Shown here: piece by piece, positions 36,953-46,384 of the stretch
How the letters are laid out: the number at the start of each line of letters is the position of its first letter
Numbering within the stretch: position 1 is the stretch's first letter
Source: a bacterium
GTDB lineage: Bacteria; UBA8248
Length of the DNA stretch: 64,000 nucleotides
Assembly: GCA_965203325.1 (NCBI GenBank)
Contig: OZ241875.1
Span: 2,112,001 to 2,176,000, forward strand
Direction of reading: 5' to 3'
The notes under the pieces: generated by a model
What the model was told of the DNA's origin: nothing
The model's input: only the letters and a program-made list of their open reading frames with translations
Database searches by the model: none
Position numbers and translations under genes: made by a program

Positions 36953-37948
36953 TCACTTGCGCTCTTCCCCGAAGGCCAGCTCCGTACCGATGCGCTTTTC
37001 TTTCGCCAGGCCGTAGACCCAGTTCGCCACGCCCACGTCGAAAATCCCCATGCCGGGCGACTCGTAGAGAATGATGTCGTCGTCGCGGACGCGGCCCGGC
37101 TTCTTGCCGACGACCACGTCACAGAATTCCGCCGCCACGTCTTCCTCCCTGAACTTCCCGCTTTCCAGAAGCGCCGGAAACGGCTTTCGGGGCGGCTTGT
37201 CGTACAGGACCTGGTCCGTGGCCGCGAGAATCACGCGCGTCGAGCGCAGCACCGTCTCCTCGTCGATCTCACCAGGTGCTACGGACATGAACAGCACGCC
37301 GGGCTCGAGCCAGTCGCCCTCGAAGACGATGGTGTTCCCGGGCGTTGACGTGATCATGATGTCGGCTCCCTCGACCGCTTCCCTGCCCGACTCTACGGGC
37401 AAAGCCTCGACCCCGAGCGCCGCCTCCATTTCCTCGCAGAACTTTCTCCGATTCTCGGCGCTTCGGCTGTAGGCCTTGATTTGGGTGATGTCCCGAACAG
37501 CGCAGGCGGCGCGGATCTGGCCGCGCGCGAGGCGGCCGGTGCCGATGATGCCGATCTTCCCGGCGTCCGGCCTTGCGAGGTGCTTCACGGCGGCGCCGTA
37601 AGGGGCCGAAGTGCGGATGGTATGGAGGTAATAGTCCGAGATGACGGCGGACATGCCCATGTCGTTCCAGTCGAACAGGCAGATGATCTCCGAGCGGTTC
37701 GAGCCCTGGTGGCCGGAGTAGACGCGCACACCCGCCGCGCCGACACCCGGTACCATACCGGGCAACATCCGGATGTTGTGCCACAGATGTCCGGGGCGAT
37801 CGGGATGCTCCAGTGTGATTCGCTTGAAACGGGTCGCCTCGCCCGTTGCCTGATGGCGGAAGATCTCCTCGATGACCTCAATGGCCTCCTTGTACACGTC
37901 GAGGCCGTCCAGGGCAGCGTATACGTCTTCTTCAGTGAGGAAAAGCAT
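36953..37948 (-). CDS. ornithine cyclodeaminase / mu-crystallin family protein
   Basis: IRTSA, IIGTGRLA, EAVEGADI, GEID, GKKPGR...IILYESPGMGIFD. Confidence 0.92.
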   Translation of the reverse strand: MLFLTEEDVYAALDGLDVYKEAIEVIEEIFRHQATGEATRFKRITLEHPDRPGHLWHNIRMLPGMVPGVGAAGVRVYSGHQGSNRSEIICLFDWNDMGMSAVISDYYLHTIRTSAPYGAAVKHLARPDAGKIGIIGTGRLARGQIRAACAVRDITQIKAYSRSAENRRKFCEEMEAALGVEALPVESGREAVEGADIMITSTPGNTIVFEGDWLEPGVLFMSVAPGEIDEETVLRSTRVILAATDQVLYDKPPRKPFPALLESGKFREEDVAAEFCDVVVGKKPGRVRDDDIILYESPGMGIFDVGVANWVYGLAKEKRIGTELAFGEERK

Positions 37949-38142
37949 GAAAACGCCTTTCTCCTTGACCATCCGCGGTATTCAGAACGGACAGCGAGGC
38001 TGCTTTCGCCCGCTCAAAATAGCGGGTCGACCTGGACCGAAAGACCATCCCCGTCCAGGCGTTCAAACCCCATCCCTGACAGTTCGAAGAATGATCTCAC
38101 GTCCGTATTTGCGTTTCGGATGAATGCGAATGAGAAGATTCG

Positions 38143-38171
38143 AGTGTACGGCGAAATTCGCGTCGAGGCAA
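38143..38171 (-). promoter_or_regulatory. candidate sigma70 promoter for the OCD-SBP unit
   Basis: Minus-strand TTGCCT-N17-TACACT, about 190 bp upstream of the OCD start. Confidence 0.55.
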
Positions 38172-38393
38172 ATTGCTCGCAATCTACACCTCTTTAGCAG
38201 CAATGTTCTCCAGATTTTTCAGTGTTTCAGTATATTTCATCAAATGCTGAAATCACCCATTTCAGTGAAAAACGCGGTTGAATCCGGGGCGATCACGCCA
38301 CGGTTTCCTAACCGCAGAGGGCAGTTCCCCATCGGTCGGCAATCTTTCCCTGATCGGTCTCGTCAATCTCTCCTTCATCAGTCGAGATTGACC

Positions 38394-39179
38394 TCAAATC
38401 GCCTTGAGCCTCCCTCCGTCGACGGCGAAGACGCCGCCCGAGATGTAGCTCGCCTCGGGCGAGGCGAGAAACGCCACCATCGCGCCGAACTCCTCGGGCT
38501 CGCCCAGGCGGCCCAGCGGCACCTCGCGTTCCACGCTCGCGACCGATTCCTCGAAGGTGATGCCCAGACGCTTCGCGGCGGATTCGCGGCCCTGCATCGC
38601 GCGATCGGTTTTGATGACGCCGGGGATGACGACGTTCACAAGAATGCCCTCCCCGCCCAGGGAGCGCGAGAGTGATTTCGCCAGGCCGGCCACGGCGGGC
38701 CGCATGACGTTCGAGAGCAAGAGGTCGTCGATGGGCTCGCGCACCGAACTGGAAAGGATGAAGAGGATTCTCCCGCCGTCGCGCCCCCGCATGTGCGGCA
38801 GCGCTTCGCGCACGAGGCGCACCGCGCTCATGACGTTCAGCTCGAAGGCGTCGAACCAGGCGTCATCTTCAAAATCCTCGAACACGCCCCGGGGCGGGCC
38901 GCCCGCGTTCGAAACCAGAACGTCCACGCCGCCGAAATGCGCCGCCGCGCCGCCGATGAATTTCCGGACGCCCTCCGCCGTGCTCACGTCCGCCGCGCAA
39001 CTCCAGGTTTCCACGCCGGCCTGTTCCGCGATATCCGCTGCGGCCGCGGCGCAGGCGGCCTCATCGCGCGCGCAGATGGCGAGGCTCGCGCCCCGCATCG
39101 CCATCTTCAGGGCCGACGCGCGGCCCAGGCCCTTGCTGCCCGCCGCCACCAGGGCGATTTTTCCTTCCATGTCACGCAT
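38394..39179 (-). CDS. SDR family oxidoreductase
   Basis: AAGSKGLG, NAGGPP, LSNVMR (atypical active site), PLGRLGEPEE, VDGG. Confidence 0.92.
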   Translation of the reverse strand: MRDMEGKIALVAAGSKGLGRASALKMAMRGASLAICARDEAACAAAAADIAEQAGVETWSCAADVSTAEGVRKFIGGAAAHFGGVDVLVSNAGGPPRGVFEDFEDDAWFDAFELNVMSAVRLVREALPHMRGRDGGRILFILSSSVREPIDDLLLSNVMRPAVAGLAKSLSRSLGGEGILVNVVIPGVIKTDRAMQGRESAAKRLGITFEESVASVEREVPLGRLGEPEEFGAMVAFLASPEASYISGGVFAVDGGRLKAI

Positions 39180-39265
39180 GTGGTGTCTCCTTCGTCGCGC
39201 GCATCATCAGAGCGGGCGGATGAAAACATATACAAACTGGCGGATGGGAGTGTAGTCGGGCGTGC

Positions 39266-39658
39266 TTAGTCGGGCAACGCGGCGATGCACTCGACCTCGG
39301 CGAGCCAGTCGGGGTCAACGAGGCGGGCCACCTGGACCTGGGAGCTGGCCGGGCGATGCTCCCCGAACATCTCCAGGCGGACCTCATTCATCGTTTTGCG
39401 ATTGTCCAGATCCGCGCTGAAGACTGTGACCTTGACGACGTTTTCGAACCCCGCGCCGGCTTCTTCGAGAATGGTCCGGATATTCGTGAGTATCTGGCGC
39501 ATTTGCATGGCTGGGTTTCCCTTACCCACCACGTTTCCTTCGCCATCCACGGAGACGCAGCCGCTCACGAAGAGGAGCGAGCCGCCCGTCACTTGTATCG
39601 CCTGATTGTAGACGCCGAGGTTTTTAAGCCTGGGCGAATTGATGATCTTGACGCTCAT
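39266..39658 (-). CDS. RidA/YjgF/UK114 family protein
   Basis: LFVSG, ENVVKVTVF, RPASS, LAEVECIA. GGAGG RBS. Confidence 0.92.
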   Translation of the reverse strand: MSVKIINSPRLKNLGVYNQAIQVTGGSLLFVSGCVSVDGEGNVVGKGNPAMQMRQILTNIRTILEEAGAGFENVVKVTVFSADLDNRKTMNEVRLEMFGEHRPASSQVQVARLVDPDWLAEVECIAALPD

Positions 39659-39808
39659 ATTTCCTCCCTCTCCCGAATAAAGGAACGCGACGTTGCTGAA
39701 CAATCCGCCAATCGTTTCGTGCGACGCCGTCCGGCGTTTGAAACGAACAAACTATATCGGAAACTCATTCTCCCTGTTTCCGGGGAGTATGGATGCAGAA
39801 GAATCGGG

Positions 39809-40600
39809 CTAATCCCCGTGCTCGAAAATCTTGGCGCTTTCTTGTGCGATCAGATCCAGACACCCCGCCTTGGTCTCCATGAAGGCATGGGAAGTCAGCA
39901 TCGTCCTCGCGCGTGGCCGGGGCAGAGGCACTTTGAGCTCCTGGATGATTCTGCCCGGCTGCACTCCCATGATGAAGATTCGGTCCGCCATCAAAATCGC
40001 TTCGTCCACGTCGTGGGTGATGAAGAGCATGCTCATCTGGTGTTCTTCCCAGAGCTTGAGCAGCCACTCCTGCATAAGAAGGCGGGTCTGGGCGTCGAGC
40101 GCCGCGAAAGGCTCGTCCATGAGGAGGATCTCCGGGTTGTTGATGAGAACACGGGCGATGGAGACGCGCTGCCGCATCCCACCCGATAGCTCGTCCGGGT
40201 AGTGTCGCTCAAATCCCGTGAGTCCCACTCGCTTGACGAACTCGTGAGCGCGGGGCAGGAATTCCTTTCTGGACACGCCCTTGATCTTGAGCGCGAAGGC
40301 GATGTTGTCTTCCACGGTAAGCCAGTGAAACAGGAAGTGCTCCTGGAAAACGACGCCGCGCTCCGGACCGGGCTTCGTGATGGGGCGTCCCTCGATGAGC
40401 GCCTTCCCCTCTGTGGGCAGGATGAATCCCGCGATGATGTTCAAGATGGTGGTCTTGCCGCACCCGCTCGGGCCCAGGAGGGCGACGGTCTCCCGGTCTT
40501 CGATGCCGAAGGAAACATCCTTCAGGGCCACAGTCTCCCGTCCCTGCCTGGGGTCTTCGAAGATTTTGGTGACTCTCTCGATCCGGACTTTTTCCGTCAT
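39809..40600 (-). CDS. ABC transporter ATP-binding protein (TauB/SsuB-like)
   Basis: GPSGCGKT, LSGGMRQR, LMDEPFAALDAQT, ITHD. Confidence 0.95.
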   Translation of the reverse strand: MTEKVRIERVTKIFEDPRQGRETVALKDVSFGIEDRETVALLGPSGCGKTTILNIIAGFILPTEGKALIEGRPITKPGPERGVVFQEHFLFHWLTVEDNIAFALKIKGVSRKEFLPRAHEFVKRVGLTGFERHYPDELSGGMRQRVSIARVLINNPEILLMDEPFAALDAQTRLLMQEWLLKLWEEHQMSMLFITHDVDEAILMADRIFIMGVQPGRIIQELKVPLPRPRARTMLTSHAFMETKAGCLDLIAQESAKIFEHGD

Positions 40601-40736
40601 ATGGAGAAGATTCCCAAGTGAGCGTCTTCAGGCGTCCCGAGACGCGCCGCGAGCGGCGAAAACGTGGATCCCGTATACGCCTCGCTGGTTCTCCTATTCC
40701 ACCAATTCCCGGGAAACGCTTCTTTCTCGTTTCGCA

Positions 40737-41498
40737 TCACACCACCCTGTAATGGACGAACATGCGGCGGGAGAGGGCGTGAACGGAGCGATCCAGGCAG
40801 AAACCCATCAGGCTCAAGGTGACGAAGGCGACGAACATCCGCTCCGTCTTGGTATAGACCTGGGCGTCCCATATCATGAAGCCGACCCCCGATTTCGCGG
40901 CGAGCATCTCTGCCGCCACGATTGTCATGAAGGCGTTGCTGAGAGCCAACTGCAAGCCGGTGACCATGTAGGGAACCGTCTCGGGGACGACGACCCGGAC
41001 AAGGACCTGGGTCCCGGTGGCGCCGAGGCTCCGGGCGGCCCGGATGGCGCCCTCGCGCACCGAGGCGGCCCCCGCCATGGTGTTCACGACCACGATGAAG
41101 ACCGCCGTGTAGAAGATCAGGACGATCTTCGATTCTTCGCCGAAGCCGAACCAGATGATGAACAGCGTGACCAGCGTCACGGGCGGGACGAAGCGGAAGT
41201 ATTCCAGAACCGGCAAGGCGAGCGCCCGCACCCAGGGGAGCCGTCCCATGACGACGCCAAGAAAAGAACCGACGACGGCGCCGAGCGCCCATCCCGAGAG
41301 CACCCGGAACAAGCTCATCACGATATGCCAGGGCAACTCGCCGGTGCGCGTGATCTCGATAGCCTTCAGCATGGTGGCCAGGGGGGAGGGAAGGAAGATC
41401 GGCGGAAACACGAAGGTAAAACCCCACCAGGCCACCAGGAAGATGGCCACGGAAAGGGTGTAAATCGCGATGGTTCCCCCGATCCTCAAACCTCCCAT
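40737..41498 (-). CDS. ABC transporter permease (TauC/SsuC-like)
   Basis: FLPSP, WFGFGE, RAARSLGA (EAA loop), AAEML. Confidence 0.94.
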   Translation of the reverse strand: MGGLRIGGTIAIYTLSVAIFLVAWWGFTFVFPPIFLPSPLATMLKAIEITRTGELPWHIVMSLFRVLSGWALGAVVGSFLGVVMGRLPWVRALALPVLEYFRFVPPVTLVTLFIIWFGFGEESKIVLIFYTAVFIVVVNTMAGAASVREGAIRAARSLGATGTQVLVRVVVPETVPYMVTGLQLALSNAFMTIVAAEMLAAKSGVGFMIWDAQVYTKTERMFVAFVTLSLMGFCLDRSVHALSRRMFVHYRVV

Positions 41499-41519
41499 TC
41501 CCCCTTTCGCCCGTGAGTT

Positions 41520-42518
41520 CTAGTGCGGGTAACCTTTCGCCCTGGAGGCGTCCACCGCCCGAAGGAAGCTCGGATCGATGATGCTCTTCCAGTCCGGAAT
41601 CTTCTTGATGTGGCCCAGCTTCTTCTTGAACGCGGAAACCTCCTGAAGGGTATCGAAGTAACTCTTGTCGAGCCAGATTTTCAGTTTGTAGTCGTTCAGC
41701 GCCGCCTTGGCGTCCGCCGCGCTGGAGCGGGTGACCTTCTGGAACGAGGCCGCCGCCGCTGCGGGGTCCGCGTTGGCCATATCCGTCGCCTCGATCAGCG
41801 CCCGCAGAAAGCGCTTCAGGGTTTTGGGTTTCTCCTTGGCGAACCCCCGGCGGACCGTCAAGTGGAAGTTGGGCTCGTAATCGCTGGACTTGCTCGCCGC
41901 CAGGATGTGGAGGGCGTCCCCCTTGAGCTGCATCACCTTGCGCGGCCAGGGTTCCCAGAACCACATGGCCTCCACGGCGCCCTTCACCATGGTGGGGGCG
42001 GCTTCCGGCGGGGGGAGGTTGACGTGTTCCAGCTTCTTGTAGTCGATGCCTCTGTTTCCAAGGAACTTGATGAACCCGAACTCTCCGCCGGTTCCGCCCA
42101 TCCAGGTCACTTTCTTGCCGATGAGATCCTTAGGACTCTTGATCGACTTTTTGGCCACCAGCTTCATGCTCTCGTTGCCCTGCGCCGTCGCGGCCACGAT
42201 GATGGCGTCGATCCCCTTGGCGATGTTCGAGATGGTGGGGGGATCGCTCTGGAAGGAGATGTCCAGTTGGCCGCTGCCGATGGCCCGCAGGCCCACCAGG
42301 GCGGTGTGGCCCATGGTGTTGGTGGTCTTGAGTCCGTGCTTCTTGAAAATCCCCTTGTCCTCGGCCAGCCAGTAGGGTATCCCCAGCGAAGTGGGCTCGG
42401 TCGAGAAGCGGACCGCGCCGTCGTCGGCCGCACCCGCAGGCCCGGGACCGGTCGCCAGGAAAAACGCCAACACGGCAATTCCGATACATTCCCTTTTCCA
42501 GCTTCTTTCACGCATCAT
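41520..42518 (-). CDS. ABC transporter substrate-binding protein (SsuA/TauA-like)
   Basis: Signal peptide, AEDKGIFKKHGL, IKSPKDLIGKK, WEPW. Confidence 0.9.
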   Translation of the reverse strand: MMRERSWKRECIGIAVLAFFLATGPGPAGAADDGAVRFSTEPTSLGIPYWLAEDKGIFKKHGLKTTNTMGHTALVGLRAIGSGQLDISFQSDPPTISNIAKGIDAIIVAATAQGNESMKLVAKKSIKSPKDLIGKKVTWMGGTGGEFGFIKFLGNRGIDYKKLEHVNLPPPEAAPTMVKGAVEAMWFWEPWPRKVMQLKGDALHILAASKSSDYEPNFHLTVRRGFAKEKPKTLKRFLRALIEATDMANADPAAAAASFQKVTRSSAADAKAALNDYKLKIWLDKSYFDTLQEVSAFKKKLGHIKKIPDWKSIIDPSFLRAVDASRAKGYPH

Positions 42519-42713
42519 AGGTCATCCTCCTCTTTTCACATGGTGAAGTTCCGTGAGGCAACACATCGCGATTGAAGCCCGGCGCATCCGTCAGCGCCGG
42601 TGCTGGAGATGAGCGGAATCGAGAGCCCGGTTCTGACTCGTGAGCGAAGTGCGGAAGGGTTTCGGAATGAAACCATTCTCAGCCCTTTCATACAGACCGG
42701 CGGCTGTTGCGGT

Positions 42714-43469
42714 TCACACCACCCGGTAGCGCGAGAAAAACCGGTAGGCGAGGAACCGGAACACCCGATCGGTGGTCAGCCCCAAGAGTCCCAGACCCAG
42801 GAAACCGACAAAAATCTGATCGGTCAGCATGAAATTTCTTGCGGACCAGATAAGGTATCCCATGCCGGATCGAGCCGCGAGCATTTCCGCCGCCGCGATT
42901 ACGATGAACGCGTTTCCCATGGCCATCCGCATGCCCGTTACGATGTAGGGCACCGTTTCGGGCACGACCACCTGGAACAGGACCTGGGTTTCCGTCGCTC
43001 CCAGGCTTCGGGCGGCGCGCAGGACCCCCGGGGATGCGCTCAAGGTTCCGGCCATGGTGTTGATCACGATCACGAAAAACGAGGTGTAGAAAACGAGCAT
43101 GATCTTCGAGGCTTCACCCAGCCCGAACCAGACGATGAAGATGCCCACGAACGAGATGGGCGGAATGTAGCGCAACCCCTGGATGTAGGGGGTGGCGAAT
43201 GCGCGAACGCCGGGCAGCCAGCCCATGAGCAGGCCCAGGGGAATTCCCAGAGCGCACCCCAGAAGCCAGCCGCCCATGATCCTGCCCGTGCTCATCAGGA
43301 TGGATTCGTGGAGAAAGCCCGTGCGCGCCAGCTCGACCGCCGTCATGACGGTGAGCCAGGGTGAGGGAACGAAGAGGGGATGGGAGAACGCCGCCACTAT
43401 CCACCATCCCAGGATGAAGAGCGAAAACCCCAGGAGGGAGAGCATCCCCGACCACCCTTTGCCCTGCAT
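42714..43469 (-). CDS. second ABC transporter permease (TauC/SsuC-like)
   Basis: FVPSP, WFGLGE, RAARSLGA, AAEML. Confidence 0.93.
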   Translation of the reverse strand: MQGKGWSGMLSLLGFSLFILGWWIVAAFSHPLFVPSPWLTVMTAVELARTGFLHESILMSTGRIMGGWLLGCALGIPLGLLMGWLPGVRAFATPYIQGLRYIPPISFVGIFIVWFGLGEASKIMLVFYTSFFVIVINTMAGTLSASPGVLRAARSLGATETQVLFQVVVPETVPYIVTGMRMAMGNAFIVIAAAEMLAARSGMGYLIWSARNFMLTDQIFVGFLGLGLLGLTTDRVFRFLAYRFFSRYRVV

Positions 43470-43802
43470 GCTCTCCTCCCCCCAAGCTTCGCACCCCGTG
43501 TGATAAGACGGCTTCCGCAATCTGGATGAGGATAATGAATGTAGGATGAAACCAAATGTATCATATTCAACGGATAGGAGAAATCCACTAGAATGCGAGG
43601 AGCGACGCCGCCCCGGCTCCGAGGCGAATGGAGGCTTCCTTGTTTTTCACGCCATTTCGGTTCGCGGCTTCACCCGGTCGGCGCGCCCGCGATGCCCCGC
43701 CGGGCATGTCTTTCGCCTGACGGAGAACCGGAGCGAAAACGAGGGCCCGGCCCGACGGGGTTCGATTCCATTTCGAAAGGCGTTCCACCGAGGGGGGAAA
43801 GC

Positions 43803-44567
43803 ATGGATTCATTCATGAACTTTGAAGGACAGGACGTCATTGTGACCGGCGGGGCGACCGGGGTGGGGGAGGCGAGCGCGCGCCTCTTCGCCGAGCGGGG
43901 CGCCTCAGTCGCCATCCTCGACATCAACGGCGAGGGAGCGGAGAGCGTCGCCGCCGAGGTTCGAAGGGGCGGAGGAGACGCGCAGGCTTTCGAGGTGGAC
44001 CTCACCGATTGGGACGCCACCCGAGCCGCCGTCGAGGCGGCCCATAGCCGGCATGGGCGCATCGACGTGCTCGCGCACGTGGCAGGCGGATTCCCGGAAT
44101 TCCTCGGCCTTCTCGACTGTCCGCTGGAGACGTGGGACCCGATGGTGGCGAGCAACCTGAAATCGATGTTCATTCTGCTCCAGGCGGTTGCGCCGTACAT
44201 GATCGAGGCGCGCTACGGCCGGGTCGTCTGCTTTTCCAGCCTGGCCGCCCGCAGCGCGGTCAACCCGAACCCACCCCACTACACCGCGGCGAAAGCCGGC
44301 GTCCTCGGACTCGCGCGTCAGGTGGCGGGCGAACTGGGCCCCCACGGCATCACCGTAAACGCGATCGCGCCCGCCAACGTGGCCACCCCGAGCACCATGG
44401 CCATACGCAAACCCGAGCGCATCCGGCATATCGAAGAGGTGACGCCCGTCGGCCGCCTGTGCCAGCCCGAAGAAGTCGCGGCGGCGGTCATATTCCTGTG
44501 CAGCCGGGAGGCCGGTTACATCACCGGCGTCACCCTCGACGTGAACGGGGGAGCGGCGATGATATAG
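43803..44567 (+). CDS. SDR family oxidoreductase
   Basis: TGGATGVG, YTAAK, NAIAP, YITG..LDVNGG. ATG at 43803. Confidence 0.93.
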   Translation: MDSFMNFEGQDVIVTGGATGVGEASARLFAERGASVAILDINGEGAESVAAEVRRGGGDAQAFEVDLTDWDATRAAVEAAHSRHGRIDVLAHVAGGFPEFLGLLDCPLETWDPMVASNLKSMFILLQAVAPYMIEARYGRVVCFSSLAARSAVNPNPPHYTAAKAGVLGLARQVAGELGPHGITVNAIAPANVATPSTMAIRKPERIRHIEEVTPVGRLCQPEEVAAAVIFLCSREAGYITGVTLDVNGGAAMI

Positions 44568-44592
44568 CGTCATCCAGAATCACTGGCGCGAC

Positions 44593-44778
44593 GAGCGAAC
44601 CGCCAGTCACCTGAACCGCCTGATCCCGGACGCCGAGATTCTTGTCCGGGCGAATTATCGTTTCTGACGCACTTACGCCTTTCCTTCTCCCGAGTAATAG
44701 AACGCGAAGCTGCGATAAAATCCGCCAATCGCCGCATAATCCGCCGTCCGGCGTTCGAAATGAAAAGACGATATCGGA
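44593..44778 (-). pseudogene. decayed copy of the ridA 5' end and its upstream region (homologous to 39575-39761)
   Basis: KNLGVRDQAVQVTGGSL versus KNLGVYNQAIQVTGGSL in ridA. Shared blocks GGGCGAATT, AATCCGCCAATCG, CGCCGTCCGGCGTT, ATATCGGA at a near-constant offset of ~5017 bp. Confidence 0.85.
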
Positions 44779-45095
44779 TGTGAATCTTTTGGGAACTGCC
44801 GGTCTGGGAGCGAATCCTCCGCTCAGGCTTCCTAGGCCATCGCCGCGAGGAACCCGCATTTCCCCGCATTTGCCGTCATCGGGCATTCTTCGGAGGAGGC
44901 GATAATCCCGCGCGGGAAAGGGAGCGCCAAAGTGACGGGAGGAGGGGAGAAAATGGAAAAGGCGATCCGGTCCGATCGGAGAATCGCAGCCCCTCTTTCT
45001 TCCGGTCGGCAACCCACGCTCGCTCCTCGCCCGCGTTCGGCCCGCGAATCGGGATACCTGAAAAATACGATAAATACCGATAAATTCACGGGGTT

Positions 45096-45194
45096 TTCCG
45101 GTAAATTTCTGAAAGTATATAGATTTGATATATAAGGAGTTATCCGGTTTTCGGCTTCGGAGCGGCAATGATGCAGGTGGACGCGCCCGCCCGG
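45096..45194 (-). repeat. decayed copy of the phosphodiester-glycosidase 3' end and downstream region (homologous to 50484-50584)
   Basis: Ungapped manual alignment of 45096-45180 with 50484-50568 gives 76/85 identical. Encodes IIAAPKPKTG* versus IIAAPKPKTR*. Confidence 0.92.
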
Positions 45195-45301
45195 CGACTT
45201 CACATCCGGGCGAGGCGACGTCGTTTACGTCGTCGGCGCATGGTCCACACTCCTACAACACCGCTACCCAACGGATCCGGCATGGAATCGTTCGGCGGCG
45301 G

Positions 45302-45730
45302 TCAGGCTTCGAGCGACTGCTTTCGGGCCACGAATTCTTCTATCGTTCCGCCTTTGGCGGGGCCGTCGAAAAAGATGTTGGGACTTTCGAACGTCGACAG
45401 AATCAACGCGCCGTTGGGCGCTGTCGCGACATGGCGGCTGCCGGCCGGCCGCCAGACATATTGTCCCGGCCCGCAGACGCCTTCATGGTCCTCGAGCGAG
45501 CCCTCAAGGACATAGCTCTGTTCCAGTCCGGTATGCTCGTGATCGGGAATCGTGGCGCCCGGCTCCATCTTCGCCAGCATGGTTAGGACTCCACCGTTCT
45601 CGTCCTGCAGGAGAACCTTGACCGAGACGCCCTCGAGCGGCGATGGCCGCCATTCCAGGGAGTCGACGTCGACATAGCGCGACGCGAGCTTGTCGATGCC
45701 ATCATGGGCATCGGTGTTCGGTGTTTGCAT
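45302..45730 (-). CDS. ChrR-like cupin domain protein
   Basis: PGATIPDHEHTGLEQSYVLEG and WRPAGSRH. GGAGG RBS before ATG 45730. Confidence 0.9.
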   Translation of the reverse strand: MQTPNTDAHDGIDKLASRYVDVDSLEWRPSPLEGVSVKVLLQDENGGVLTMLAKMEPGATIPDHEHTGLEQSYVLEGSLEDHEGVCGPGQYVWRPAGSRHVATAPNGALILSTFESPNIFFDGPAKGGTIEEFVARKQSLEA

Positions 45731-46087
45731 GACCTTTCCTCCCAAATGATCCCGCCGATATCTTCGATACCGGCAGCGGAAAATGTCCACGAACGCCATG
45801 TGCTGGTTGAAGCATTTACGAGCCGGAACCCTTGAAACGACCGGGGGACCCATCCATTTCTATCCCTTACACTCTTTCACTTTGCTGAATCTGCATTTAT
45901 TCGTATTCCGCGTCAAGCAGGTTTATCCTTCCAGGTAAAAATCGCGGGCTCATCAAAAGTGGGTACCCTCTCAAATTCATCTCCTATAATGAACGCATCC
46001 ATCAAAAAATCAAGAAGGAACCGTCAAGTGCTGGAATGATTGTTGATGCAAGTTTCCTGACCCTTGGAATTAGCCTCGGCTCTGCCA

Positions 46088-46280
46088 TATGGGCTGAATT
46101 GAAGAAAAGGGGGCGGCACATCTCTCTGGAATTGGGTTGCGGACAATCTGTTATTCAGCGAAGAGGAGATGCGCCACCCATGGGCAACGATCCGATTTTT
46201 CTTTTCCGGGCCGATCTTTCGTGACGCGTGCAGCGACTTGGCACGCGAGGGGACACACCGGACCAGTAGCACGGCGGTGA
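46088..46280 (+). mobile_element. degenerate IS left-end relic (probably IS256 family), copy 1
   Basis: Homologous to 50258-50432 (GCTGAATTGAAGAA, GGCGGCaCATC, AGGAGATGC, CCATG). Frameshifted peptide MGND.../FSGPIFRDACSDLAREG recalls IS256-type transposase N-termini. Family call is from recall only. Confidence 0.6.
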
Positions 46281-46359
46281 GGACGCTCACCTTGGCGTCC
46301 TCGGGCGCGACCATGCCGCCATCGAGCCAGACCTGGAATCGCTCCGAATCCTTGCTCAT
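46272..46359 (-). pseudogene. N-terminal fragment of a branched-chain amino acid aminotransferase (IlvE-like, class IV)
   Basis: MSKDSERFQVWLDGGMVAPEDAKVSVLT with a GGAGG RBS directly after hydantoinase A. Similarity ends where the IS-like relic begins. Confidence 0.75.
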
Positions 46360-46384
46360 GCTCCCTCCGTCTCTCTCGGCCCTG

